From the NCBI RefSeq assembly GCF_023055435.1, contig NW_025964372.1, positions 45,570,001 to 45,634,000 on the forward strand: 64,000 bases of DNA, in the 5' to 3' direction. Positions 12,397 through 23,490 of this stretch are shown in pieces. The position numbers and the translations under genes are program-made. Every line of letters starts with the position of its first letter. Within the stretch, counting starts at the first letter, position 1. This stretch comes from Haliotis rufescens (lineage: Eukaryota). The notes under the pieces were generated by a model. The model was not told where the DNA came from, searched no databases, and worked only from the letters and a program-made list of their open reading frames with translations.

Positions 12397-13004
12397 TAAT
12401 TACAATTGAAATGAATGCCTAGACTTCTTGACACCGTAGTGCTTTGTTTTAAATCAACTCCTGACGAAAACAAGTGATGTGTTCCAACAAATGGGTTATA
12501 CATTTTTTGGGTTTACAATAGAAAAAAAGCAATATGATGAATAATGACGTCATCCTTGTACGGTCATTCGGTAGAGATAAACTAGATTTCACAGTATATT
12601 GTCAAATAAAGCGTACAAGAAATAACATATTATATGATACAGTCAGTATAATCAAATATCTTGTAAAGTGAAAAAAATAGATATTTCACTCATCGCTATG
12701 CTACTTGGGAAAATATCTCCACTCGATAAGAGACAATTGCTATGTCATTGCAAACATCTAGTATCCACTATTACTATTTTCACAATGTCTCTTGTAAACG
12801 TCACAAGACATGACGTCAAACGTCACACAATCGATGATATACCTCTTCTGAACATTGTGATTTGAATTTTGGTTGGGAAAAATCAAGGTCAATGTCAATT
12901 GGATATTTATTACTTTTATCAACTTGTGTGGATATATTTTATATCGGAAGGCACTCGGTTGTGGTTCTTTATATTTTATACTTCATTGTTTCGTCTCCTT
13001 GCAG

Positions 13005-13267
13005 GCAATGCAGTCAATTTCAACTGATGATTCACTACCAGATCTAGACACTGTTTCATCAGAAGGCGGGGAAGCCGAACTTGGTGTTGAAGACCAAAAT
13101 GGTGAAACTGTAGACAGCACGGTCACATACAATGACGTGGATTCAAGTGAAGGAAGTGACTTGGCAGTATTTGACATACCAAGGCAGTCCAACAGGAACC
13201 TTGTGTATACCCGGAGTGACCAGCCACTCCCCCTTCAGCCTCCACCCCTTAGACTTGAGGCCGTGCG
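13005..13267 (+). CDS. HECT ligase exon 3 (acidic/Ser-rich linker)
   Basis: ctccttgcag|GCA ATG...GTG CG|gtgaga; 263 nt, phase 0-2, fits both neighbours. Confidence 0.7.
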
Positions 13268-13725
13268 GTGAGAGAATTATTTATGTGATTCAAACATAAG
13301 GGAAAACACAGTTTCATCAGTAAATTGAAATAACCTAAATCAGCCATGCATAAAACGTTTGTCATTTTCCCATTTGAGTTGCAGCTTATTAAAAATTCAA
13401 GTAGATATCGTCAATTTGTATCTTGAAAGTACTTTGCAATTATTTGTCATATGTTTATGCAAACATAAATCTTAGATGTAAAGTATAAGGTCAATTGTAT
13501 TTCCTATAGGTTTTATCGAGTGGATTCTTTCATATCCATAACAAAACGGAAAAAGTAACATTAAAGTTATGTTACAAACTGTTAAAATAATTTGGTCTGA
13601 GTTCAGAATTGAAGTAAGACGAGTTCTATGGATGAACAACTTCTTTATTACAATTAGTGCGACGTTTCGGTGTAGATCCTAACACCTTTTTCATGCAAGT
13701 GATGAATTGTTTTCTTGTTTTATAG

Positions 13726-14018
13726 ACATTCAGAAAATCTTCACGAGATATTGACCAGACTCGCGTCAGTGATCAATAAAGAACGACGGAACATTGTTAA
13801 TGTCACAAGACGTAATGTAATGTCAGGTGGCATCAGAGCTTTCAACAGGCCATCTTTCAACCCTGAAAATGGCTTGTCTGTTAAGTTTGCTGGGGAATAT
13901 GCAATAGACGATGGCGGGCCAAGCAGGGAGTTTTTAAGATTGCTCATGAAAGAAATATCTTCTCTCCCCATATTTACCGGTGACGAGACAAAAAAGATGC
14001 TGGATTTGAATTACACTG
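13726..14018 (+). CDS. HECT ligase exon 4 (HECT N-lobe start)
   Basis: ttttatag|A CAT...ACT G|gtaaga; LSVKFAGEYAIDDGGPSREFLRLLM is the HECT E-x-x-x-D-x-GG-x-x-REF motif. Confidence 0.9.
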
Positions 14019-14299
14019 GTAAGAACTTGCATGTTTTGTGAAGTGTATTGATTTTTGCATAACCATTTGTTTACCTTGAACTGAAGTTTACTGATAGACC
14101 TTGGGGGTATTTGACTTGAACTGGACGGGATTATAGTGCTATTCAATATTTTGTATAATGATAGATTTAGCTCTTTGACATATTTATACCATTTGAGTAT
14201 CATCACTAGATATATTGATACATATGTCAAGCTGTATCCCAGAAGGTAAAAGGTAGAATACACCCATAAAGTAGTATCGAAACAAATTATGTTTAAAGG

Positions 14300-15210
14300 T
14301 TTCAGGTGTCAGGAAATATAGCTACATGTACATCACAATTTTTATTGGTTCTGGTCAGTTTGCAACAGCTGACAGTAAACCTTTAAAGAAATATTCCGAG
14401 ATCCAGATATGTGGGTGCTGGACTTCCTCATTGACAATAATTTTGTCAAGTTTGGGGATAGAACATTTCGCCAAACGGTTGGAATCCCCATGGGTAGTAA
14501 CTGTGCTCCACTTCTAGCTGACCTTTTTCTCTTTGAATATGAGTCTGAGTGTTTAACAAATCTTGTTAAATCCAAGAAACGTTACCTTGCTAAAAAGTTT
14601 AATCTCAGTTTCAGGTACATTGATGACATTATTTCACACCAAGATAAATGAATTTCTGGATTTGATATATCCACCAGAATTAGAAATTAAAGAAACCACT
14701 GAGAGCCAATGCTGGGTTTCCTATCTCGACTTATGCATTGAGATTGACAATAATGACAGCATTTCTACTAAGCTATATATGACAAGAGGGATGATTTTAA
14801 TTTTGCCATCGTCAACTTTCCTTACTTGTGTAGCAACATCCCCTCAGCTCCCGCCTATGGTGTCTGCATTTCACAATTGCTTCTGTACTTAAGAGCATGT
14901 ACCTTTTACTCAGACTTCAAAAAAAGACATGCGCTACTAACAAATAAGCTCTTCAAGCAAGGTTACACTATCCAGGGCCTTGTCAGGTCTTTCCAAAAAT
15001 TATATGGCAGACATTCGGAAGCCTGCACTAAATATGACAAGTCACACTTCATATGATGTGATGCCATCCCATTTAATGACATTCATGTTGAGTTTTCTAA
15101 ACTCACGGCAAATTGGCATTTAATATTTTCTTGAAATTTTGTGAACGACGGGTGCTACCGGTAGGGCAGGAGAAGCTTACCATTTCGCGAACACCTTATC
15201 TCATCACAAG
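14300..15210 (+). pseudogene. 5'-truncated, frameshifted Penelope-like element reverse transcriptase fragment in ligase intron 4
   Basis: QTVGIPMGSNCAPLLADLFL, RYIDD, SYLDL, DKRDDFNFAIVNFPYLCSNIPSAPAYG motifs spread over several frames. Confidence 0.8.
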
Positions 15211-15353
15211 TCGGTGATTCATTCAAAATCTTTCAACACGATTTTGCCTTTCATGTCCAATGGAATCTGTTTCGACAGATATCGAGTTTGATTGTTCTTT
15301 GGCGTTGACGTTATTAATTTATCCATTCACTGATGTAAGTTTTCTTGTTTTAG

Positions 15354-15532
15354 CCCTACAAAGCGGTCTCTACTTGACAGCGGGGAAGATGATAGCATAT
15401 TCTGTCGTACACAATGGACCTCTTCCACGGTTTTTCAGTCCACTGCTGTTCAGTACGCTTGTTGGCGACAGCCAAATTCAGCCAAAGATTGATGACATCC
15501 AAGATGTCGCACAGAGGGAAAGTCTACTGAAG
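15354..15532 (+). CDS. HECT ligase exon 5
   Basis: tgttttag|CC CTA...CTG AAG|gtcgat; YLTAGKMIAYSVVHNGPLPRFFSPLLF; phase 1-0. Confidence 0.85.
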
Positions 15533-15988
15533 GTCGATTCAAACTCAATTCCCTAATTAGGTTTACATGATGCGTTACAAGATGCGTAACTGCCTTATCA
15601 ACATTTGTGTGGTCCTATAGTGTCATATATGTTTCATATATTCAAAAGCAAATGTATCAACTAGAATTATACTTCAGAAATATGTACTGTTTCAACACTG
15701 CTATATTTGGAATAGCACTATATGTAATAGTAACGATTCTAGTACTTTGTGGTTGAGTGCCATTCGGGCTTTGAACCCACACCATAAGAATCAGGCACCA
15801 ATTTGCCAGCATTGAAACTTCCACCATGTACCACCTCAACCACTTGGCATCGAAGCGATTTGTTATTAAAAAAATAACATGTTTGCCTTTGTTCATCAAT
15901 TAAATTGCATGAATTAACTGTTTGTATTAATTCTATAACTTCTTTTGTCTGAATTGTTAAAACTATAGAAATATGTAATGTTTTCCAG

Positions 15989-16161
15989 ATACGAAATGCA
16001 GAGGATATGTCTTCGTTCCTGGATGCCGTAGGTGGTGCTGATCAACTTATCCAACTTGCTGGATGTTACTCTCTTACTCTCTCCTTAGCAAAGAAGGAAG
16101 AACTTTGTGATGCCTTGATCCATTTTATTGTGCTTGGCAGAATCAAAGAGTGCCTAGATCA
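15989..16161 (+). CDS. HECT ligase exon 6
   Basis: ttttccag|ATA CGA...GAT CA|gtatgt; AGCYSLTLSLAKKEELCDALIHFIVLGRIKECLDQ; phase 0-2. Confidence 0.85.
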
Positions 16162-16608
16162 GTATGTACTGCTACCAAGCTTTTCAACGAATGTTTGACC
16201 GTTCACTGTCTTGTTAAATCCTTCCAAATGTTTTATGGTAGACAGAATGATATTTCTACCAAATATGACAGGCCGCTTGCAATATATGTGCATGGTGGGT
16301 GCTACCGGTAGAGCAGGACACGTTCCCCCTTTTCGCGAACACCTGGTGTCATTCCGATTTGTAATCAGTAATCCATGCATATATTGTTCTCTTTACATCG
16401 CCACAAATGCCCCATTGAATCTGTTTCGGCAGATATGATAAATCACAGCCCTAAGGCGTTGACGTTTACTATTAAATATCATTAATAAGTGCAATCGGGT
16501 TCGTTAGTGTTGCTGTTGCTGAATGGTGTCATAGTGCAGTAATGGTTAAAGTAATTTTAGTATCTGCGACAATTTAATACGCAAGAGTTAATAAAAAACA
16601 ACAACATA

Positions 16609-17712
16609 CACTCTCTCAAAAAAGAAACGCAACCCCTATATTTTCAAGATGTTTATCTCAATATGCAAGTTATTATAACACATTTAATATTGAAGACAAC
16701 AATATGACATTTGGCATGGTGGCAGTACAGTTATGCATCTTTAAGTCCAGACTTCGACAGTTCTCTCACTAAGATTGACTTGACGCAATGGGGCGTCTCT
16801 GATCTTTGGTTGTAAGACATGGCTCCCCACATCATGACGTTCCCTCCTCCAAATCTGTCGACCTGCCGAACACAGTTCGGGGAAAAACGTTCGTTTCCTC
16901 TTCTATAGACACGCTGTCTTCCGTCACGGCGTTGTAAGAGAAAACGTGATTCGTCACTAAACCAGACGCGCCTCCAGTTTCTCAGGGTCCATATCCGAAC
17001 GTTGGTGCACCACCTGATGTTGGTGGCGTAAAACAGGTCCAATAAGTGGTCTTCTTGCACGTAGACCGGCCTCTAGTAGACGGTTCCTAATTGTTTGTGC
17101 GGACACTCTTCTCAAACCTGGCACCTGTGTTGCAGTGACGGTAGGTGTGGCTAGCCGATTACGTAGGTGGGTGACCCGGATGAATCGATCCTGAGGTTGT
17201 GTGGTAACCCTTGGCCTACCATTTCTGGGGCGATCGACAGTTGCATGAAACTGGGTGTATCGGCTCCAAAGTCGGGAAATCGTTGTTTTATGAACATTGA
17301 GGTGCCGGGCAACGTTTCCAAAGCTTTGTCCGGCCTCAATACGACCAATGGCGATATTTCGATCTGCAGCACTCAACCGTAGCATATTCGACCTTGTCTT
17401 TCGGTGAAAATGATAGAGTGAATCTCTAATCAACGCGTGCTTTTATAAGCCCATACTTCTACTGCTCTTTCCATGAATTGCACGTGCATGAGGCTTTTGG
17501 CATGGGCCACGTGAAAACTGTGCTCACTATGATGAAAGAAACAATAAAATGCCCTTGTGCACGAAAATTGGTGTGTTTGGGCGCTTACGTTAATAAACAG
17601 TGTACATGGTATAAGTGCATATCAGAAAAATTGTATTTACAATCAATATTTTTTCTTCTGGGGGTTTTCTCACATTTTCAGACTGGGGTTGCGTTTCTTT
17701 TTTGAGAGAGTG
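16609..17712 (-). mobile_element. Internally deleted Tc1/mariner element nested in ligase intron 6
   Basis: TIRs CACTCTCTCAAAAAAGAAACGCAACCCC / GGGGTTGCGTTTCTTTTTTGAGAGAGTG with TA TSD on both sides. Confidence 0.92.
16795..17385 (-). pseudogene. Defective Tc1 transposase
   Basis: MLRLS...paired-type HTH, GRPR, then a frameshift near 17010 into WRRVWFSDESRF...GGGNVMMWGAM; second D and E region missing. Confidence 0.88.
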
Positions 17713-18049
17713 TATTTGGAATGTTTTCACAGTTAATTCAGTTATTATTCATAACAACGATCTGACCGATGCACAATTATACACATGAATTTTGACATCT
17801 GAGAATTGATCGTTAATGGGATAAAGTATGAAACCGTCTTTAGGATAACGTTCCAATGAAACAAACACATGCAACAAAAAATTTATCAAACTCAAATTTA
17901 TTTTATAAAGTGGGTATTGTTCGAGTTAAGGTGCATAGTCTTATCTGTTTCCTTACACAAACTACTTTAAGATAACTAAAGTAAATGTCTTCTGGGTTTT
18001 ATGACATCCATGTCTATTGCATATTAGCACAAGATATTTTCAATTCTAG

Positions 18050-18270
18050 ATTCCAAAAAGGACTGGCCACTTTGGGAGTGCTTGCAGAAATGCGTGTTCA
18101 CATCAAAGAAGTAAGGGAACTTTTCTGTTTCGATGAAAAGTATGAATTGAACGCTTCTGTGCTTGAAATGGTGTTCAGTGAACCATCCTTCTCCGAACCT
18201 GGGAGCAACAGGCGCAGAATGGAAGAAGAGACAGTCAGTTATTGGATGGACTATCTTCTGGACGTAGCAG
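18050..18270 (+). CDS. HECT ligase exon 7
   Basis: ttctag|A TTC CAA...GCA G|gtaatg; QFQKGLATLGVL...FSEPGSNRRRMEEETVSYWMDYL; phase 2-1. Confidence 0.88.
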
Positions 18271-18609
18271 GTAATGAGATAAGAAAAACAGTCGGACGTT
18301 AGTGTGTTTATAATAACTGTCATGGTGAACAAAGAATATTTATAACAGCAAATTACATGGGGATATCCATATGTAAAGCTAGAACGTGTTTGAGAGTCCA
18401 GATAACCAGACACGATCAGGACTGAGAACATGGTCCCTCTTGTGTGTGTCTCTATCACCTGTTAAGATCTAACTGCATTCGCAAATATGTGTCATGATGT
18501 ATTGTCAAATGAGTGAATATGGTCGGTGAGTTAATGTGGTTGGGTACATATTGTTTAGTGAGTTCCTATGTTTGGGTACTTTCTTTATTTGACAAAACTG
18601 TATTTTCAG

Positions 18610-18866
18610 AGGGCACAGAATCAGTCACCCTGAGTGACATATTGGTTTTTGCGACTGGCGCGGGATCCATTCCTCCCCTTGGTCTCCATCCACAGCCGCA
18701 GCTGACATTCCACACTGCAATTGAACTCAACCCTGAGAACAGAGAGAACTTCCCTCGAGCTAACACATGTGCAAATGTATTAGACATTCCAATGATCAGT
18801 AATTATAACCTGTTCAAGAAAAACATGAATGCAGCAATCAGTGTGAATATCTTCACTTCCGAGTGA
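18610..18866 (+). CDS. HECT ligase exon 8 (C-lobe with catalytic Cys, stop)
   Basis: ttttcag|AG GGC; ILVFATGAGSIPPLG...FPRANTCANVLDIP...NIFTSE*; Cys is the 32nd residue from the end, Phe at -4. Confidence 0.92.
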
Positions 18867-20496
18867 AAAGACGGGCATGACTGTTTGTCATGAATTGTCT
18901 TCCCCCTTTAAGTTTTGTTTTGCATTTGTTTCACTTTTACAGAACTGTTCTGCTATAATCGATTGAGCTTTTAGTCTAATTTTATTGAATCTGTTACTAC
19001 CAAATAGGTTAATTGGTACTGACATCTGATTGTTTAAGAAGATTTTATTTACACCTGTTCAAAACATTTTTAGACGAATGTCCTATCGTATTATTTCTAA
19101 TATACAAACCAGGTGTTGAATTTTTAATGGTTTGATGAGGTATGTTATTAAAGTTTAGTTTAAAGGAATTGCATGCTTTGATATCAACATGACAATACCG
19201 TGTTCCCTGTAGGGTCAGAAGAGGGGTCGTTTGAATCATTTTACATTTTGTGCTTTTGGTACAAGAGAAACCTTAAATTACTATGACCCGTTTAAATGTG
19301 TCTCTTAATGTGAAAATTAAGCGGAATTTGTTTTTGGAGTTTTTGTTGAGACAAAGAAATATTAGCTCATAGGTTTGTGGCATATAGTAAACGTGTTATT
19401 TTGTAAGCCTGTAAAGAACGTTTATTGTAATGAAACGAAGAAGGATGCAGATATGTTCTTTCTTTAAAACCCCAAATACGTTTAAATGACCATTGTAAGC
19501 AAGTTTTTTTGCAGTCAACATGTTTATGTTGTAATGGAAATTAAAAAAATATTGATGTTGTTGGTTAAGAATTACTAAGTTTGGGTACAGAAGGTTTAAA
19601 ACTTACAAATATCGCATCTGTTAACATTTTGATTTATTTGGATTGCATATTATGAACATCTTGTTATGTTTTGAACAGACAGAATAAATCCTGTTTAATT
19701 GATAAAAGTTAATGGAAGTCACTCTACCCCAGATATCCTGTTTTTTTCCCGGTGTGGATTACACCGTTAGCATTATAGTTTCTTGAAGTATTGTATTAAA
19801 TTTGCAGTCATTTTAAAAAGCTGTCACACAACACAATAAAGAGCCATCAGTTAACAGCTTAACAGGCTATTTTATGTCATTCTTTTAATGTTAATTCGTG
19901 AACATTCATTTGTTTCATGTATCTACCTAGACTGATAGTTTTGGAGTACAACGTTCAAAGTACATAATTTGCGTTGCGAACTGATATAAAACTTATTATC
20001 ATAGCAAATAGTCATCTGATAATCTTTACTTATATTACCACCAGGGCTTGTAATTCAACAATTTAAGCAATTGTTCCAAAGGTCTGCGACTACAGAATTA
20101 TAACATTTTACGAATGACGTGTCAGCTTTCTGTAATTCGGACATTATGTTAATCATGCACTAAACAAGTCAACTAAGCTTATGCAAGTTATTGTATGCAC
20201 ATAAATTTATTGTAGGGTTGCGGCTTTTGTATCAGCAAACATTTGTCAGAAGTGCAATCAGTTGGAAGTTTTGCTTATACTTCTTGTAAAACATCAGATC
20301 TAGAGTGAATCAATGTTAAATTTGGGAAATGGTTTATGTCTGAAACATTAAACGAAAGTTTGTACTGGCATTTATACCTGCTTTAGTTGCAAAACACTAA
20401 TGTTAATCATAACCATCAATAGGAATACGTGCCTCGTGGAAGGAGGCAACGAGTTACATTTGGTAGGATCATAAAACAGATGTATATTAGACTTTA

Positions 20497-20820
20497 CTAC
20501 AGGACTTCGTAGATTTCTTGTCGGAGATGTATATACAGATCAGCTGCTTCTTGAGCATTCGTTGCCGGTTGTAGGTTGTCTCTCCCCATGACTTTAGTAC
20601 ATATTTCATAAACGTCTTCATCACAGGGGATTGTTGAGCGAATCACGGCTTCCTCAAGGCAGGTAGAGACGTCTTCGTCGGACACAACACAGAGTTGATC
20701 TTCAGTTTCCCATAGAGCTGGAGCACTGTACATTTGCTCTGGATGACCACTTGCAATATTGTTTCTTGAGGGTCTAATGCAATGGTTGTCCCAAACGGCA
20801 GCCACGGAATCCAGATCATC
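20497..20820 (-). CDS. IS3EU-like transposase exon 2
   Basis: catttttag|GAT GAT CTG; DDLDSVAAVWDNHCIRPSRN...GHPEQMY...LYIHLRQEIYEVL*. Confidence 0.85.
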   Translation of the reverse strand, partial: DDLDSVAAVWDNHCIRPSRNNIASGHPEQMYSAPALWETEDQLCVVSDEDVSTCLEEAVIRSTIPCDEDVYEICTKVMGRDNLQPATNAQEAADLYIHLRQEIYEVL

Positions 20821-21050
20821 CTAAAAATGTTAATGTTAAAGAATTGTTTCCAACCGATTTATCTGGTGTAGATTAGGACATGAAAACAGCAAAAACCTGT
20901 TTTATATTGTATTGATCATTGTAGGTAACAGTAACATATTTTATAGTAAAGAGAAATATAAAATATATGTCGAAGAAAGTTTACATGTATGAAGTCGTTA
21001 CTTTATGTATGAACAGTTCTACTTGCATGACATAATACAATAAAGTGTAC

Positions 21051-21902
21051 CTGAACAATAGCCATGAAACAAAACTGGATAAGGTTTTTGTCCAAGAAAT
21101 CTCCCCTGAAATCTCCATTTTCCTCGAGACCTTTGAACGTTTCAATCCAAAACTGTGTACATTCCTTTCTTAGAAATGACCACCAGACTTCGATTCTTTG
21201 ATTTGATGTACTGGAACCATCAATGAAGCATCTTCCGGCTTGTGGATCTGTATTGTCACGTCGAAGATACTGTTGATACACTCGGACGTGTACATTTTCT
21301 GTACCATGGTCAGCCCTTACAATGCGTGGGCAACCTCTGTGGGTCCTAACGGCCTCTAAAAAGTATCCACCAATTACCTTTGGATTGTTGTTGGTATTGT
21401 AGACCTTGATCCATATTACTTTTCTTGAAAATCCACAAACACAAGCGTGGATACAAAGTCCAAATGGTTTAAGTTTATCATATCCATCTACATGCCAAAC
21501 AAAATTTGGCCCTTTGGCATAATAGGAACGCCGACGTAGTCGCCGAACTCTCCTTGATGCAACTCCCACTGGATCTAGATGACGCAAAATAAGTCGAACG
21601 TCTTCCATTCTAGCCTTTACACCACTTTGTTGACATCTAGCGTACATGATACGGTAGCCACACAGTTGTCCTGAAGCTGATAGTTGATCCTGTATAAAAC
21701 TCACAACATCCACGAGAGGGCTGAATCTACGACGACTCAGATTCATAGTCCTCAGAATTCTCTTAAGGTGCCGCACACTTAGTTTGAATCCATAGATGTT
21801 GTCAAGAATGTACACAATATCCTTGTAATTGATTCCAAGATGGAAATAATGTGATATTACTTCACTGCGAAGGTCTTGATTCATAATATGACCAAGTTTC
21901 AT
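21051..21902 (-). CDS. IS3EU-like DDE (integrase-core) transposase exon 1; 391 aa in total
   Basis: N-terminal HTH-like region, RRLRRRSYYAKGPNFVWHVDG, RADHGTEN, NQRIE (DD39E); donor CAG|gtacac, phase 0. Confidence 0.9.
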
Positions 21903-21955
21903 AAGTAATGGAATGATGAAAAGTATATAAAATGGCCGACCAAAACAGCAATTCT

Positions 21956-22243
21956 ATTGGTTAAATTATCTCATGGCCACGACTTATTATCTCGTGGCCA
22001 CGACTTATTATTTTGTGGCCACGCCTTATAATCTCGTGGCCACGCCTTATTATCTCGTGGCCACGCCTTATTATCTCGTGGCCTCGACTTATTATGTCGT
22101 GGCCACGCCTTATTATCTCGTGGCCTCGACTTATTATGTCGTGGCCACGCCTTATTATCTCGTGGCCTCGACTTATTATCTCGTGGCCACGCCTTACTAT
22201 TGATATTTATTTTCTCATCCGATGTCCCCTCTACGGTTCCGTA
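21956..22243 (-). repeat. Right TIR with 11 x 21-bp tandem units
   Basis: Reverse complement of left TIR; ends inward with TAATTTAACCAAT. Confidence 0.92.
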
Positions 22244-23094
22244 CGTTTATTTACAAACAAGAGAAAATTTTGAAGTCCGGCCACGTGATATGCAAGTTAG
22301 CCTGTGGCACTGCGAGCTTGAGACGATAAAGGGAGGCAATTTAAGGGGAGGTAACTCTTGTGTGACAATAGTTCCGTCAAAGTGTTTTGTTCACACAGAG
22401 ACCGTATGACCTCTGGTTCACAGCAGTGAAAGACAAAGTGTTATGTTCACTGCAAAGAAAATATCACTTTTCACACTAAAGTATATAATAAATTACAGAA
22501 TTTACAAATAGCGACGTCATGGAACATAATATAGGTTGACGTCACAAACAAGAAACGTGACGCCAATAACGTCATATAACAATATAATAGATAGCATCCC
22601 GTCGTTAGGGAAAAACAAGCTGCTATCACGTTACTTGTGAAAAAAATAACTAGTCTGAATAATATTGCTCCTTTTGCATGGTGTGTAGCTACAACAATGG
22701 CATTAATAAGTGATACACGTAAGAGAGAGAATTTTATGGATGTCAACTTCTTTATTATCATTTATGAGTAACACGCCTCGGAGTATATTCTTACTCCATC
22801 AGGCGTTTGAATGCTTTGATTGAAGCCAACAGTTAATTAGCGCTGATTGGTGATTAGCAATGGACAAATGAAAGACAGGATAAATACTGTATTTGCAGCT
22901 GCAGGCATTTAACAGATAGAGCTGCCTCCCTTGTTACTACTGTTCACATAGACCTTACATGCAGGTGATAATGATAATAAGCGCAAAATCCACATCACTG
23001 ATGGACACGCCCATGGCGCAAATTCAGCATATGTAGATATATAGAACAGAGAGGGGACATTAAGATAATAATAATATACACATTCAGTTGTAGC

Positions 23095-23490
23095 ATTCCA
23101 AAAGGTATGTTTTGAGTCCTGACTTAAACACAGTGATACTAGCCGCACCTTGAGGCTGAAGGGAAGGGAGTTCCATAGAGAGGAACCAGCATAAGAGAAG
23201 GGTCGAGCAACAAAGGACTTAAGTCTGAATTTTGGTACAAACAGGAGAAGTAGGTCATTTGATCGGAGATTTCTGGTTGATTTGAATGAAGAAACATTTC
23301 TTGAGATAGGCAGGGCCAGTGTTATGGAGAGACTGGTAGACAAGAGAGAGTATTTTAAAATCAATCCTCTCGCGGATTCGCTGCCAATGTAGTGACTTCA
23401 AGATGGATGAGATACGTGACTAAAGCTTTGTTCTTAAAAGTTGTCACTATTCGGGCAACTCCATTCTGTATCTTCTGCACATTACATTAT
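23095..23490 (-). pseudogene. Degenerate 3' end of a CR1/L2-type LINE ORF2
   Basis: RNLRS...LLFVPKFRLKSFVARPFSYAGSSLWNSLP motif typical of CR1-group LINE C-termini; frameshifts upstream. Confidence 0.7.

Larger units (their letters stand above)
9582..22243. mobile_element. Full-length IS3EU-like DNA transposon carrying a DDE transposase and a HECT E3 ligase gene
   Basis: TIRs start TACGGAACCGTAGAGGGGACATCGG (outer 93 bp identical at both ends); TAC...GTA termini; perfect 6-bp TSD CGTTTA (9576-9581, 22244-22249); internal integrase-type transposase. Confidence 0.9.

Noticed and set aside
21003-21902. Bacterial IS3 contamination
   Set aside because: The transposase has a spliceosomal intron and the element is embedded in host repeats with a TSD.
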